A stretch of DNA of 15,661 nucleotides from a candidate division WOR-3 bacterium (GTDB lineage: Bacteria; Hydrothermota; Hydrothermia; Hydrothermales; Hydrothermaceae), in assembly GCA_039803745.1 (NCBI GenBank), contig JBDRZD010000043.1, positions 1 to 15,661 of the forward strand, read 5' to 3'. Every line of letters starts with the position of its first letter. Position 1 is the first letter of the stretch. The position numbers and the translations under genes were made by a program. The notes beneath the pieces were generated by a model. That model ran no database searches. It was given only the letters and a program-made list of their open reading frames with translations, and was not told where the DNA came from. This document shows, one piece after another, positions 1-8,343 of the stretch.

Positions 1-4
1 TAAT

Positions 5-34
5 TTGACTTAATCTAAAAATTTCCTTTATAAT
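5..34 (+). promoter_or_regulatory. sigma70-type promoter of the rpsT-rpmH operon
   Basis: TTGACT (5-10), 18-bp spacer, TATAAT (29-34), 34 nt upstream of the rpsT ATG. Confidence 0.8.
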
Positions 35-68
35 TAATTTTTTAAAATTTTCAAATTTAATTTTAAAA

Positions 69-323
69 ATGGCTAAGAAAAAATTATCGGTTCTAAAAAG
101 AGTAAGACAGAACGAGAAAAGAAGGTTAAGAAATAGATGGCATAAAATTAGAATAAAGAATACATTTAAGAAATTATTAAAAGAAAAAAATGAAGAAAAG
201 AGAAAAGAATTTTTGAATTTGCTTTATAAATATGTAGATAAGGCAGTTAAAGAGGGTGTTATTCATGAGAATAAAGGTGCAAGAATAAAAAGTAAAGCAG
301 CAAAAGTTTTAACTGTTAAATGA
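69..323 (+). CDS. rpsT: 30S ribosomal protein S20
   Basis: 84 aa basic protein with [36 protein letters not shown] matching the S20 pattern. Confidence 0.95.
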   Translation: MAKKKLSVLKRVRQNEKRRLRNRWHKIRIKNTFKKLLKEKNEEKRKEFLNLLYKYVDKAVKEGVIHENKGARIKSKAAKVLTVK

Positions 324-454
324 AAAGGCCTTATCAACCAAGTAGATTAAAGAGGAAAAGAAGACATGGTTTTAGAGCAAGGATGAGGACAAGAGGAGGG
401 AGAAGAGTGATAAAGAGAAGAAGGAGGAAAGGAAGAAAAAGATTAACACATTAA
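320..454 (+). CDS. rpmH: 50S ribosomal protein L34 (not in ORF track)
   Basis: Manual translation [44 protein letters not shown] (44 aa), the L34 signature; ATG overlaps rpsT stop (ATGA); lies directly before rnpA. Confidence 0.97.
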   Translation: MKRPYQPSRLKRKRRHGFRARMRTRGGRRVIKRRRRKGRKRLTH

Positions 455-458
455 GAAA

Positions 459-776
459 CTGAACGAAAGATTACCTAAAAAAGAAATATTAAAAGATTTG
501 GATTTTGTTTTTAAAGAAGGAGAATTTTTTAAAGGTAATAATTTGGTAATTTATCATATTGATTCAGAAGAAAGAAAGTTTGGTGTGACAGTTTCAAAAA
601 ATATTAAAAAGAAAGTAGAAAGAAATAGATTAAAAAGACTTGTAAGGGAGGTTTATAGAAAGAATAAAGAACTTTTTAAAGGAATAAATGTTTTTTTAGT
701 TAGAAAAGAAGGGTTAAGTTATAAGGAAATTGAAGAGGAATTAAAAAAGTTTGCAGAAATTTTTAAAAATGCTTAA
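459..776 (+). CDS. rnpA: ribonuclease P protein component; start uncertain (CTG 459, ATT 450 or TTG 498)
   Basis: FGVTVSK and RNRLKRLVRE (RNR motif); frame is open from 447 and encodes a typical N-terminus LNERLPKKEILK upstream of the tracked TTG; rpmH-yidD context. Confidence 0.9.
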   Translation: MNERLPKKEILKDLDFVFKEGEFFKGNNLVIYHIDSEERKFGVTVSKNIKKKVERNRLKRLVREVYRKNKELFKGINVFLVRKEGLSYKEIEEELKKFAEIFKNA

Positions 777-1005
777 AATTTTTGTAGTTAATTTAATAAA
801 AATTTATAAAATATTTATTTCACCTATTTTGCCTTCCTCCTGTAAATTTTATCCCTCCTGTTCTGAATACTCAATAATTTCAATAGAAAAATATGGTATC
901 ATAAAAGGTTTTATTTTATCCTTGTGGAGAATCTTAAGGTGCAACCCATTTTCAAAAGGAGGTGTTAATTTTCCTGAAGATGATGCAAGGAGGATTTTTA
1001 AATGA
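769..1005 (+). CDS. yidD: membrane protein insertion efficiency factor
   Basis: YKIFISP..CKFYPSCSEY..RILRCNPFSKGG motifs; ATG 769 overlapping the rnpA end is more likely than TTG 751. Confidence 0.93.
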   Translation: MLKIFVVNLIKIYKIFISPILPSSCKFYPSCSEYSIISIEKYGIIKGFILSLWRILRCNPFSKGGVNFPEDDARRIFK

Positions 1006-2441
1006 GAAGAGATTTTTTATTTTTAATTTTACTTTTCCTATTTCTTATATTTTATAACATCCTTATATTCAATATATTTAGAAAAGAACAGAAAAAGGAG
1101 ATAATTAAGGAAGAAACAAAAAAGGAGACTATAGAAAGTAAAAAATTTAATGTGGAGAGAGATAATCCACTTATAATAGAAAGTAAAATTTATAAAATAT
1201 ATATTGATCCTTCAAGAGGCGTGATTTATAAAATTGAATTGAAAAAATATAAAGATGAGAATAAAAATGAAGTGGTGCTCATTGATTCCCCACTTTTTAT
1301 GTTTTTAGAGGATACTTTAAAATTTTATAAATATTCAGGCGAAAATAAAATATTCATTGATGAAAAAGAATCAATTTTTGTAGAATTTGAGGGGAAGGAT
1401 AAAAGATTTAAGAAATATAGATTTTATGGGGACTCATATAAATTTAATTATTCTTCAGGTAATTATGGAGAGGTGTTTGTATATTTTATCCAGCCACTTG
1501 ATAAAAAAGAAGACTTAAAAGAAAACCAACTCTTTATTTATGAAGATGGTAAATTTAAGAAGTTTGATAGAAATAAATTTTCTGAATATAATTTTACAGA
1601 GAAGACAAACTGGATTACTTCTAAATCTATGTATTTTATTTTTTCAATAATTCCCTCTGAAGATGGGATTCCTTCTCTTTTGAAAAAAATAAATGAAAAT
1701 TATTTTTCTTTAAGTTTCAAAAAAGAAAAAATTTCTTTTGAAGGATATGCAGGTCCATTAGACTATTTTATTTTGAAAGATATTGGATACGGGCTTGAAG
1801 GTGTATACCCATCTGGCTTTGGAGTTATTAAACCTTTTACTCTTTCTATTCTTTATATTTTTAGGACATTCGCGAAATTTATTAAAAATTATGGATTAAT
1901 AATAATTATCTTTTCTCTTTTAATGAAAATCATTTTTATGCCCCTTTCAATTAAATCTTTGAAATCAATGCAAAAACTTTCTCAACTCCAGCCAAGGCTT
2001 AAAGCAATTCAAAAGGCATATAAGGACGATCCAAAAAGACTTCAGGAAGAAACATTTAAAATTTATAAAGAAATGGGAGTTAATCCATTTTCAGGATGTT
2101 TACCACTTTTACTTCAGTTACCCATATTCTGGGGATTATATCAAGTTTTAAGATATGATATAATGTTCAGGAAAGCACCTTTTATTTTATGGATAAAGGA
2201 TTTATCATTCAAGGATCCTTATTATGTTCTGCCAGTTTTAATGGGTATTACAAGTATTTTTCAGCAACTACTTCAACCAGCTCAGGAAAAACAAACACGT
2301 AATATTGGATTTTTTATGTCTGCTTTTATTACAATTATATTCTTAAATTTTCCAGCAGGGCTGGTGCTTTATTGGCTTATATATAATGTATGGAGTATTT
2401 TTGAAACTTTAACTTTGAAAAAAATGGGATTTAAAAAATAG
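1002..2441 (+). CDS. yidC: membrane protein insertase
   Basis: N-terminal TM helix, soluble domain, then NYGLIII, VNPFSGCLPLLLQLPIF, FILWIKDLS..DPYYVLP, FPAGLVLYW; AGGAGG at 988-993. Confidence 0.96.
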   Translation: MRRDFLFLILLFLFLIFYNILIFNIFRKEQKKEIIKEETKKETIESKKFNVERDNPLIIESKIYKIYIDPSRGVIYKIELKKYKDENKNEVVLIDSPLFMFLEDTLKFYKYSGENKIFIDEKESIFVEFEGKDKRFKKYRFYGDSYKFNYSSGNYGEVFVYFIQPLDKKEDLKENQLFIYEDGKFKKFDRNKFSEYNFTEKTNWITSKSMYFIFSIIPSEDGIPSLLKKINENYFSLSFKKEKISFEGYAGPLDYFILKDIGYGLEGVYPSGFGVIKPFTLSILYIFRTFAKFIKNYGLIIIIFSLLMKIIFMPLSIKSLKSMQKLSQLQPRLKAIQKAYKDDPKRLQEETFKIYKEMGVNPFSGCLPLLLQLPIFWGLYQVLRYDIMFRKAPFILWIKDLSFKDPYYVLPVLMGITSIFQQLLQPAQEKQTRNIGFFMSAFITIIFLNFPAGLVLYWLIYNVWSIFETLTLKKMGFKK

Positions 2442-2450
2442 GGGTTTGAT

Positions 2451-3047
2451 ATGAGGTATTATGAATTTGAAGGAAGGACCCCAGAGGAAGCAATAAGGAT
2501 TGCTCTTGCTGATACTCAATTCAAAAAGGAAGAGATAAAAATAGAGATACTTCGTGAAGGAGACGAAAAAAGACCTGCTAAAATCAGAATATATGTTGAT
2601 TATCCAGAATTTGAATTTATTGAGAACTTTATTCTTGGTATAATTGAAAGAATGGGAGACAAAGGTGAATGTTATTTTTCTTATAGACCCCCAAAAATTC
2701 ACATAAACTTAAAAACAAAAAAGAGTGATAACATTTTAATAGGTAAAAAGGGGCATGTTCTTGATGCCCTTGAATTTTTACTATACCAGGCCTTTAAAAA
2801 GAAATTTCCAGATTATAAAGTGTATCTTGATATAAATAATTATAGAAAAAAAAGAATAGAATTTTTAATAAATAAAGCAAAGGCAATATGTAATGTTGTA
2901 AGGAAGACAAAAAAAGAGATGTCTTTTGATCCTGTTGATGATAATGAGTTAAAACTTATAAGAAATGCTCTTAAAAATGAAAATGATATAAAGACATATC
3001 TTGTTAAAAGAGGAGAGGAGAAAATTTTAGTTATAGGTCCTAAATAA
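2451..3047 (+). CDS. jag: Jag/EloR/KhpB RNA-binding protein with degenerate R3H domain
   Basis: Jag_N (FEGRTPEEAI), KH motif LIGKKGHVLDAL, LDINNYR; conserved position between yidC and mnmE. Confidence 0.85.
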   Translation: MRYYEFEGRTPEEAIRIALADTQFKKEEIKIEILREGDEKRPAKIRIYVDYPEFEFIENFILGIIERMGDKGECYFSYRPPKIHINLKTKKSDNILIGKKGHVLDALEFLLYQAFKKKFPDYKVYLDINNYRKKRIEFLINKAKAICNVVRKTKKEMSFDPVDDNELKLIRNALKNENDIKTYLVKRGEEKILVIGPK

Positions 3048-3100
3048 GCAATATGTGGAGTTGCAACAACGAAGAGTTTCCATGTAAGCTCTTTTAGGTA

Positions 3101-4450
3101 ATGAGCACAATATGCGCAATCGCAACAGCAAAGGGGATATCTGCACTTTCAATAGTAAGGGTTTCAGGAGAGGAAGTCCCTTCAATATTTGAAAAAATTT
3201 TTCTAAAAAATATTTCAGAAATTATTCCAAAAAAAATTTATAAAAGTTTTTTATACGAGCCTGAGACAAAGGAAATTATTGATGAAATTACTTTTATTTA
3301 TTATAAAGCACCGGATAGTTATACAGGAGAAGATATGCTTGAGATAATATCACATGGTGGTTATATTGTTCCAAAACTTATTGAAGAGGCAATAATAAAA
3401 GCAGGAGCAGTTCCTGCTTCTCCCGGTGAATTCACAAAGAGAAGATTTTTAAATGGTAAAATAGATTTATTTCAGGCTGAAAGCATAAATGAGATATCAA
3501 GAGCAACTACAAAAAGCGCTGTTATGATTGCTTTGAATAAATTAAAGGGTGAAGTTTCAAAGGAGTTTAAAGAAATTCAGGAGGAGATAATAGACCTTGT
3601 GAAAGATTTTGAAGTTATAATTGATTTTCCAGAAGAGGATGTTCCACCTTTAAATAAGGAAGAAGTAATAAAAAAATATAATTATATAATTGAAAAATTG
3701 AGTGAATTTATAAATGAGGGAGAAAGGGGAAAGAAATTTTTAATGGGTCCAAGAGTTGCAATATGTGGTAAAGTGAATGTGGGTAAATCAACTCTTTTTA
3801 ATGCAATTTTAAAAAAGGAAAGAGCAATAGTTTCAGAAATTCCAGGAACAACAAGGGATTATATTTTAGAAGAAATATTTATAAAAGATTTTTTAATAAA
3901 AATATATGATACTGCCGGGATAAGAAAGGCAAAAGGAAAGGTTGAGAAAATAGGAATTATAAAAACAGAAGAGATAATAAAAGAAAGTGACATAATAATC
4001 TATGTTGTTGATGCCTCAAAAAAGGACGGGGATTTTGAATTCATAAAAAATTTAAAAAACAAAGAGGTTATTGTTGTGTTTAATAAAATTGATAAAGGTA
4101 TAAAATTTTCTGAAGAAGAAATAAAGAAAAATTTAGAGGGTTTGCCCTATCTTTTTATAAGTGCAAAGGAAGGGAAAAATATTGACAAATTAAGGAATAT
4201 GATAGAAGAAAAAACTTTAAAAATTTTTGAAAATCCGAGTTTTTCCTTAAATGAAAGAGAAGAAAAGATATGTTTAAAGGTTTTAAATCTTGTTAAAGAA
4301 TCCTTTAATAATTTCAAAAATTCTCTTTCAGAAGAAATAGTTGTATTGCCATTAAGAGAGTCTCTTTCTTTAATGAATGAACTTATAGGAGTAGATGTTG
4401 AGGATAAAATTCTTGAAAAAATATTTGAAAATTTCTGTATAGGGAAATAG
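3101..4450 (+). CDS. mnmE: tRNA modification GTPase
   Basis: TICAIAT, SYTGED, PGEFTKR..LNGKIDL, GKVNVGKS, GTTRD, DTAG, NKID, terminal FCIGK. Confidence 0.97.
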   Translation: MSTICAIATAKGISALSIVRVSGEEVPSIFEKIFLKNISEIIPKKIYKSFLYEPETKEIIDEITFIYYKAPDSYTGEDMLEIISHGGYIVPKLIEEAIIKAGAVPASPGEFTKRRFLNGKIDLFQAESINEISRATTKSAVMIALNKLKGEVSKEFKEIQEEIIDLVKDFEVIIDFPEEDVPPLNKEEVIKKYNYIIEKLSEFINEGERGKKFLMGPRVAICGKVNVGKSTLFNAILKKERAIVSEIPGTTRDYILEEIFIKDFLIKIYDTAGIRKAKGKVEKIGIIKTEEIIKESDIIIYVVDASKKDGDFEFIKNLKNKEVIVVFNKIDKGIKFSEEEIKKNLEGLPYLFISAKEGKNIDKLRNMIEEKTLKIFENPSFSLNEREEKICLKVLNLVKESFNNFKNSLSEEIVVLPLRESLSLMNELIGVDVEDKILEKIFENFCIGK

Positions 4451-4451
4451 A

Positions 4452-5507
4452 CTAAAAAATTACACAAAAAGGGTCTTCTTCAAGATAATCTTCATAAATT
4501 GCATAAGCCCTTGCTCTTGAACCTCCACATATTTTTTTATATTTACATTTTCCGCATTTCCCCTTTAACAAATCGGTGTCCCTCAGTTCTTTAAAAATTT
4601 TATTATTTTTATAAACAAAAGATAATTTTTCATTTTTTATATTAGAGACCTTCAAATTTAAAAAACCTGATGGATAAATATCGCCCTTATGGGAAACAAA
4701 AACAACTCCATTTCCATCTCTTACTCCAAATCCCAATTTTTTATTTTCCCTTATTACTTCATCAATATTTTTCCCTTTTTTAATCTCTTTTAAAACATAA
4801 AAAACTCTATAAAAGGGTGCCTCTGTGGTTGCAATTTGAAATGGTGCCTCTTTTGATTTTTCATATAAAAATTCAATTATTTCTTTTATTTCATCTTTAG
4901 AAGGTAATTTTAATTCTTTTCCCCTTCCAACAGGGACAATGAAGAATATGCTCCATCTCTTTACAATTTCAGAAAAATTTTCTTTTAAGAAATAATAAAT
5001 TTTTTCAATTTCATTAAAATTTTCCTTTGTAAAAGTTGTATTTACCTGAATGGGTATATTCAATTCCTTTGCAAATTTTAAAGCATTTAATGATATTTCA
5101 AATGTTCCTTCAACGCCTCTAAAACTATCCTGTGCCTCTTTGTTACTCCCGTCAAGACTTATACTCATTGCATACGCTCCTAAATCTTTAATTTTTTTAA
5201 TTTTTTCAAAATTCAAAAGAGGCGAAGTTGTGGGTGCTATTCCAAATGGCAGGTTTATTTTTCTTGCGTATTCAAGTACTTCAAAAATATCTTCTCTTTT
5301 TAAAGGGTCTCCACCCGAAATAATTAAATTTGAACCAAGATTTTTTATATCATCAAAAAATTTTTTAATTTCATTTATATTAAGTTCTTCAGGGCTTCTT
5401 TCAGGAATTGCTTCTGCCCTGCAATGCTTGCATTTTAAATCGCAGGCAATTGTTATTTCATAATAAACATTTATTGGTTTTTCATAAATAAATTCTATTT
5501 TATCCAT
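4452..5507 (-). CDS. radical SAM/SPASM protein, AhbD/NirJ-like (resembles TIGR04053 family)
   Basis: CDLKCKHC (CX3CX2C), SGGDPL, SISLDG, C-terminal [24 protein letters not shown]; last gene of the hem operon. Confidence 0.8.
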   Translation of the reverse strand: MDKIEFIYEKPINVYYEITIACDLKCKHCRAEAIPERSPEELNINEIKKFFDDIKNLGSNLIISGGDPLKREDIFEVLEYARKINLPFGIAPTTSPLLNFEKIKKIKDLGAYAMSISLDGSNKEAQDSFRGVEGTFEISLNALKFAKELNIPIQVNTTFTKENFNEIEKIYYFLKENFSEIVKRWSIFFIVPVGRGKELKLPSKDEIKEIIEFLYEKSKEAPFQIATTEAPFYRVFYVLKEIKKGKNIDEVIRENKKLGFGVRDGNGVVFVSHKGDIYPSGFLNLKVSNIKNEKLSFVYKNNKIFKELRDTDLLKGKCGKCKYKKICGGSRARAYAIYEDYLEEDPFCVIF

Positions 5508-6469
5508 TTTATAGCATCCCTTGCATGATATGTTAAAATTAAATCGGCACCTGCTCTTTTAATAGATGTTAAAATTTCAAGAACAACTTCTTTTTCATCT
5601 ATCCATCCATTTAAACTTGCAGCCTTTACCATTGAATATTCACCTGAGACATTGTATGCAGCGAGAGGTAAATTAAACTTTTCTTTTATTCTATAGATTA
5701 TATCAAGATAGGGGAGTGCAGGTTTTACCATTAATATATCCGCCCCCTCTTCAAAATCAAGTTCTGCTTCTAAAATTGCTTCCCTTGCATTTGCAGGGTC
5801 CATCTGATATGTTTTTCTATTTCCAAATTTTGGAGCCGATTCTGCTGCTTCTCTAAAAGGCGCATAAAAGGAAGAAGCATATTTAACTGAATAGGATAAA
5901 ATCAATATGTTTTTAAATCCATTTTCATCAAGTGCCTTTCTTATTGCCTTTACCTGCCCATCCATCATTCCAGAAGGTGCAACAATATCCGCACCTGCTT
6001 TTGCCTGTGAAATTGCAATTTTTCCTAAATATTCAAGTGTTAAGTCATTATCAACTTCACCATCCTTTAGAATTCCACAATGTCCATGGGAAGTATATTC
6101 GCACATACATAGATCAGTAATTATTATCATTTCCTTTTCATATTTTTTTATCTCCCTAACAGCCCTTTGAATTATACCTTCATCTAAAAAGGCTTCGGTC
6201 CCAAATTCGTCTTTTTTTTCCGGTATCCCAAATAAAATTATTGCTTTTATTCCTTCCTCTTTTATTTTCTGAACCTCCTCAACAAGCAAATCAATTGAAT
6301 ATCTATATTGCCCGGGCATTGAGGGAATTTCTTCTTTTTTATTTTTACCCGGAATAACAAATAAAGGGTAAATAAGGTCATCAGGAGATAATTTTGTTTC
6401 CCTAAGAATGCTTCTTATATTTTCATTTATTCTTTTCCTCCTGAGTCTTAAATATGGAAACTCCTTCAT
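5495..6469 (-). CDS. hemB: porphobilinogen synthase (Zn-binding type)
   Basis: [54 protein letters not shown] upstream. Confidence 0.98.
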   Translation of the reverse strand: MKEFPYLRLRRKRINENIRSILRETKLSPDDLIYPLFVIPGKNKKEEIPSMPGQYRYSIDLLVEEVQKIKEEGIKAIILFGIPEKKDEFGTEAFLDEGIIQRAVREIKKYEKEMIIITDLCMCEYTSHGHCGILKDGEVDNDLTLEYLGKIAISQAKAGADIVAPSGMMDGQVKAIRKALDENGFKNILILSYSVKYASSFYAPFREAAESAPKFGNRKTYQMDPANAREAILEAELDFEEGADILMVKPALPYLDIIYRIKEKFNLPLAAYNVSGEYSMVKAASLNGWIDEKEVVLEILTSIKRAGADLILTYHARDAIKWIK

Positions 6470-7505
6470 TTTTTCCCTCCTTTTTTATCAAATCTTTTAT
6501 AATTTCATCAGTTATAAACTTTTTAGGAGTTAAGTAAACTTTAAAACCTTTATTTTCTATAAAAGAACCTGTTATTTTCCCAATTGTTATAATTCTTTTA
6601 TTTTTTAAAAAATTTTCACCTATCTCCAAAAATATTTCAAAAAGTCTTGGACTTGTAAATACAAAATCCGTGACTTTTTTAAGCAAAGGCAAAAAAATAT
6701 CTATTTTTTTCTTTTCTTCTTTCACCATCTCATAGATTTTCATTTCTTTTACATAAAATCCCATTTTTTCTAAATTTTCTTTAAGTATTTTTCTTCCTTC
6801 TGTTCTTAAAATTAAAACCCTTTTATTTTTATTTTCCAGTTTTTCAAAAATTTTTAATATGCCTTCTTGAGTATATTCATCCGGGACTATTGAAGAGAAT
6901 CCAATTTTTTCAATTTCTTTTGCGGTTTCAGGTCCTATTGATATTATTTTTTTATTTTTAAGAATTTCAAAAGTTTCTTTTAAAGAAAAATTTTCCTTTA
7001 AGGCATAAATTCCTCTTTTACTTGTAAAGATTATATAATCAAAATCTTCTTTTAAGTCTTTTATATCTAAATTTATTTTTTTAAATTTTAAAAGCGGTAA
7101 TGGAATGCTTTTTGCTCCAAGGGATTCAATTTTATAGGAAAATTCAAGGGCATCGGGTAATGGTCTTGTAATACAGAATATTCTTTTTTTTAAAATTCCA
7201 TCAGGTAGGTTATATTCCATATAAATTTCTCTAAAGTTTATTTTTTTCTTTTTTAAAAATTCTTTTAAATTTTCCTTATTTTTTCTTTCTCCTAATAAAA
7301 ACAATTTACTTTTTTCATTTTCTTTAAATTTTATATCTTCAAATCTTATCCATTCAGAATCTTTTCCTGCCCATAAAATTCCATAAGGAGATTTTCTATC
7401 AAAATATATTTCTTCAAATTTTGAAATAAAATTCCAGATTTCTGAAAATAAGACAAAACTATCAGTCTTTACATGAAGTATGAAAATTTCATTTAATGAA
7501 TTCAT
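6423..7505 (-). CDS. hemD: uroporphyrinogen-III synthase with ~105-aa N-terminal extension
   Basis: [32 protein letters not shown]; located between hemC and hemB. Confidence 0.88.
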   Translation of the reverse strand: MNSLNEIFILHVKTDSFVLFSEIWNFISKFEEIYFDRKSPYGILWAGKDSEWIRFEDIKFKENEKSKLFLLGERKNKENLKEFLKKKKINFREIYMEYNLPDGILKKRIFCITRPLPDALEFSYKIESLGAKSIPLPLLKFKKINLDIKDLKEDFDYIIFTSKRGIYALKENFSLKETFEILKNKKIISIGPETAKEIEKIGFSSIVPDEYTQEGILKIFEKLENKNKRVLILRTEGRKILKENLEKMGFYVKEMKIYEMVKEEKKKIDIFLPLLKKVTDFVFTSPRLFEIFLEIGENFLKNKRIITIGKITGSFIENKGFKVYLTPKKFITDEIIKDLIKKEGKNEGVSIFKTQEEKNK

Positions 7506-8343
7506 AAACTTTTTCCAGAATTTCCTCTTTATTTTTCCCTCTAAACATAGCCTTTTTCACTTTATCATCTTTAACATACATCATTTTCAAAATTATTTCA
7601 GAACCATTTATCTCTGCATAACATCCAAATGGAACAGCACATCCACCTCCTATTTTTTTAAGTATTTCTCTTTCAATATTGACTTCTGTTTCAACTTCTT
7701 TATTGTTTATTTCCCTTAAAATTTGAACAAAAGGGGAATTCTTTAATGTTTCAACGCATATTGCACCCTGACCAGGAGAAGGTGGAAAATCTTCAATTGG
7801 CAATTCAATATAGGGAACATTTAAAGAGAGTCTTTTAATAGCACATTTTGCCATAACTATTCCTTCATATTCTCCATTTTCCCACTTTTTTATCCTTGTT
7901 TCAATATTTCCTCTTAAAGGTAAAAATTTAAAATCAGGCCTTATTATTTTTAAAAAATATTCCCTTCTTTTACTACCTGTCCCAATTCTTGCATTTTGAG
8001 GTATTTCCTCAATTTTTTTATAATTACATACAATAACATCAACTGGTTCTTCTCTTTCAATATAAAAAATCATAAAATTTTCAGAAATTTCTGTTGGGAC
8101 ATCTTTAGCACTATGAACAGCAATATCTATTTCATTTCTGAGTAGGCTTTCTTCAAGCGCTTTAACAAATATTCCTTTTTCTCTTAATTTATAAAGGGGT
8201 GTTTTTTTATCAATATCACCTTTTGTTTTAATTGGAACAAAAATTGTCTCAAATCCTTTATCCTTTAAAATTTTAATAACTTTTTCAGTTTGTATCCTGC
8301 TTAATTTAGAAGAGCGAGCCCCTACCCTTATTTTTTTAACCAT
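7489..8343 (-). CDS. hemC: hydroxymethylbilane synthase
   Basis: GARSSKLS, TKGD, KGIFVK, AVHSAKDVP, LRGN, PGQGA, GGCAVP (cofactor Cys). Confidence 0.97.
   Translation of the reverse strand: MVKKIRVGARSSKLSRIQTEKVIKILKDKGFETIFVPIKTKGDIDKKTPLYKLREKGIFVKALEESLLRNEIDIAVHSAKDVPTEISENFMIFYIEREEPVDVIVCNYKKIEEIPQNARIGTGSKRREYFLKIIRPDFKFLPLRGNIETRIKKWENGEYEGIVMAKCAIKRLSLNVPYIELPIEDFPPSPGQGAICVETLKNSPFVQILREINNKEVETEVNIEREILKKIGGGCAVPFGCYAEINGSEIILKMMYVKDDKVKKAMFRGKNKEEILEKVYEFIK

Noticed and set aside
1..68. Possible oriC/DnaA boxes upstream of the rpmH operon
   Set aside because: No TTATCCACA-like box seen; the region is explained by a promoter and AT-rich leader
2409..2702. Antisense ORF over yidC/jag (also 4147-4467 over mnmE)
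   Set aside because: Shadow ORFs opposite well-supported genes, F/S/L-rich, no motifs
3036..3058. GGTCC-N7-GCAATATGTGG recurring at 3746-3768 inside mnmE
   Set aside because: Only two short copies, the second constrained by G1-motif coding; plausibly chance
4440..4460. Terminator between convergent mnmE and radical SAM genes (likewise at 10018-10028 and 14300/14301)
   Set aside because: Genes abut or overlap and no hairpin plus U-tract is visible, so no terminator can be called
6423..6469. 47-nt hemD/hemB overlap as a frameshift or recoding signal
   Set aside because: hemB has its own GGAGG and ATG, HemD is complete before the overlap; a simple stop-codon run-on explains it
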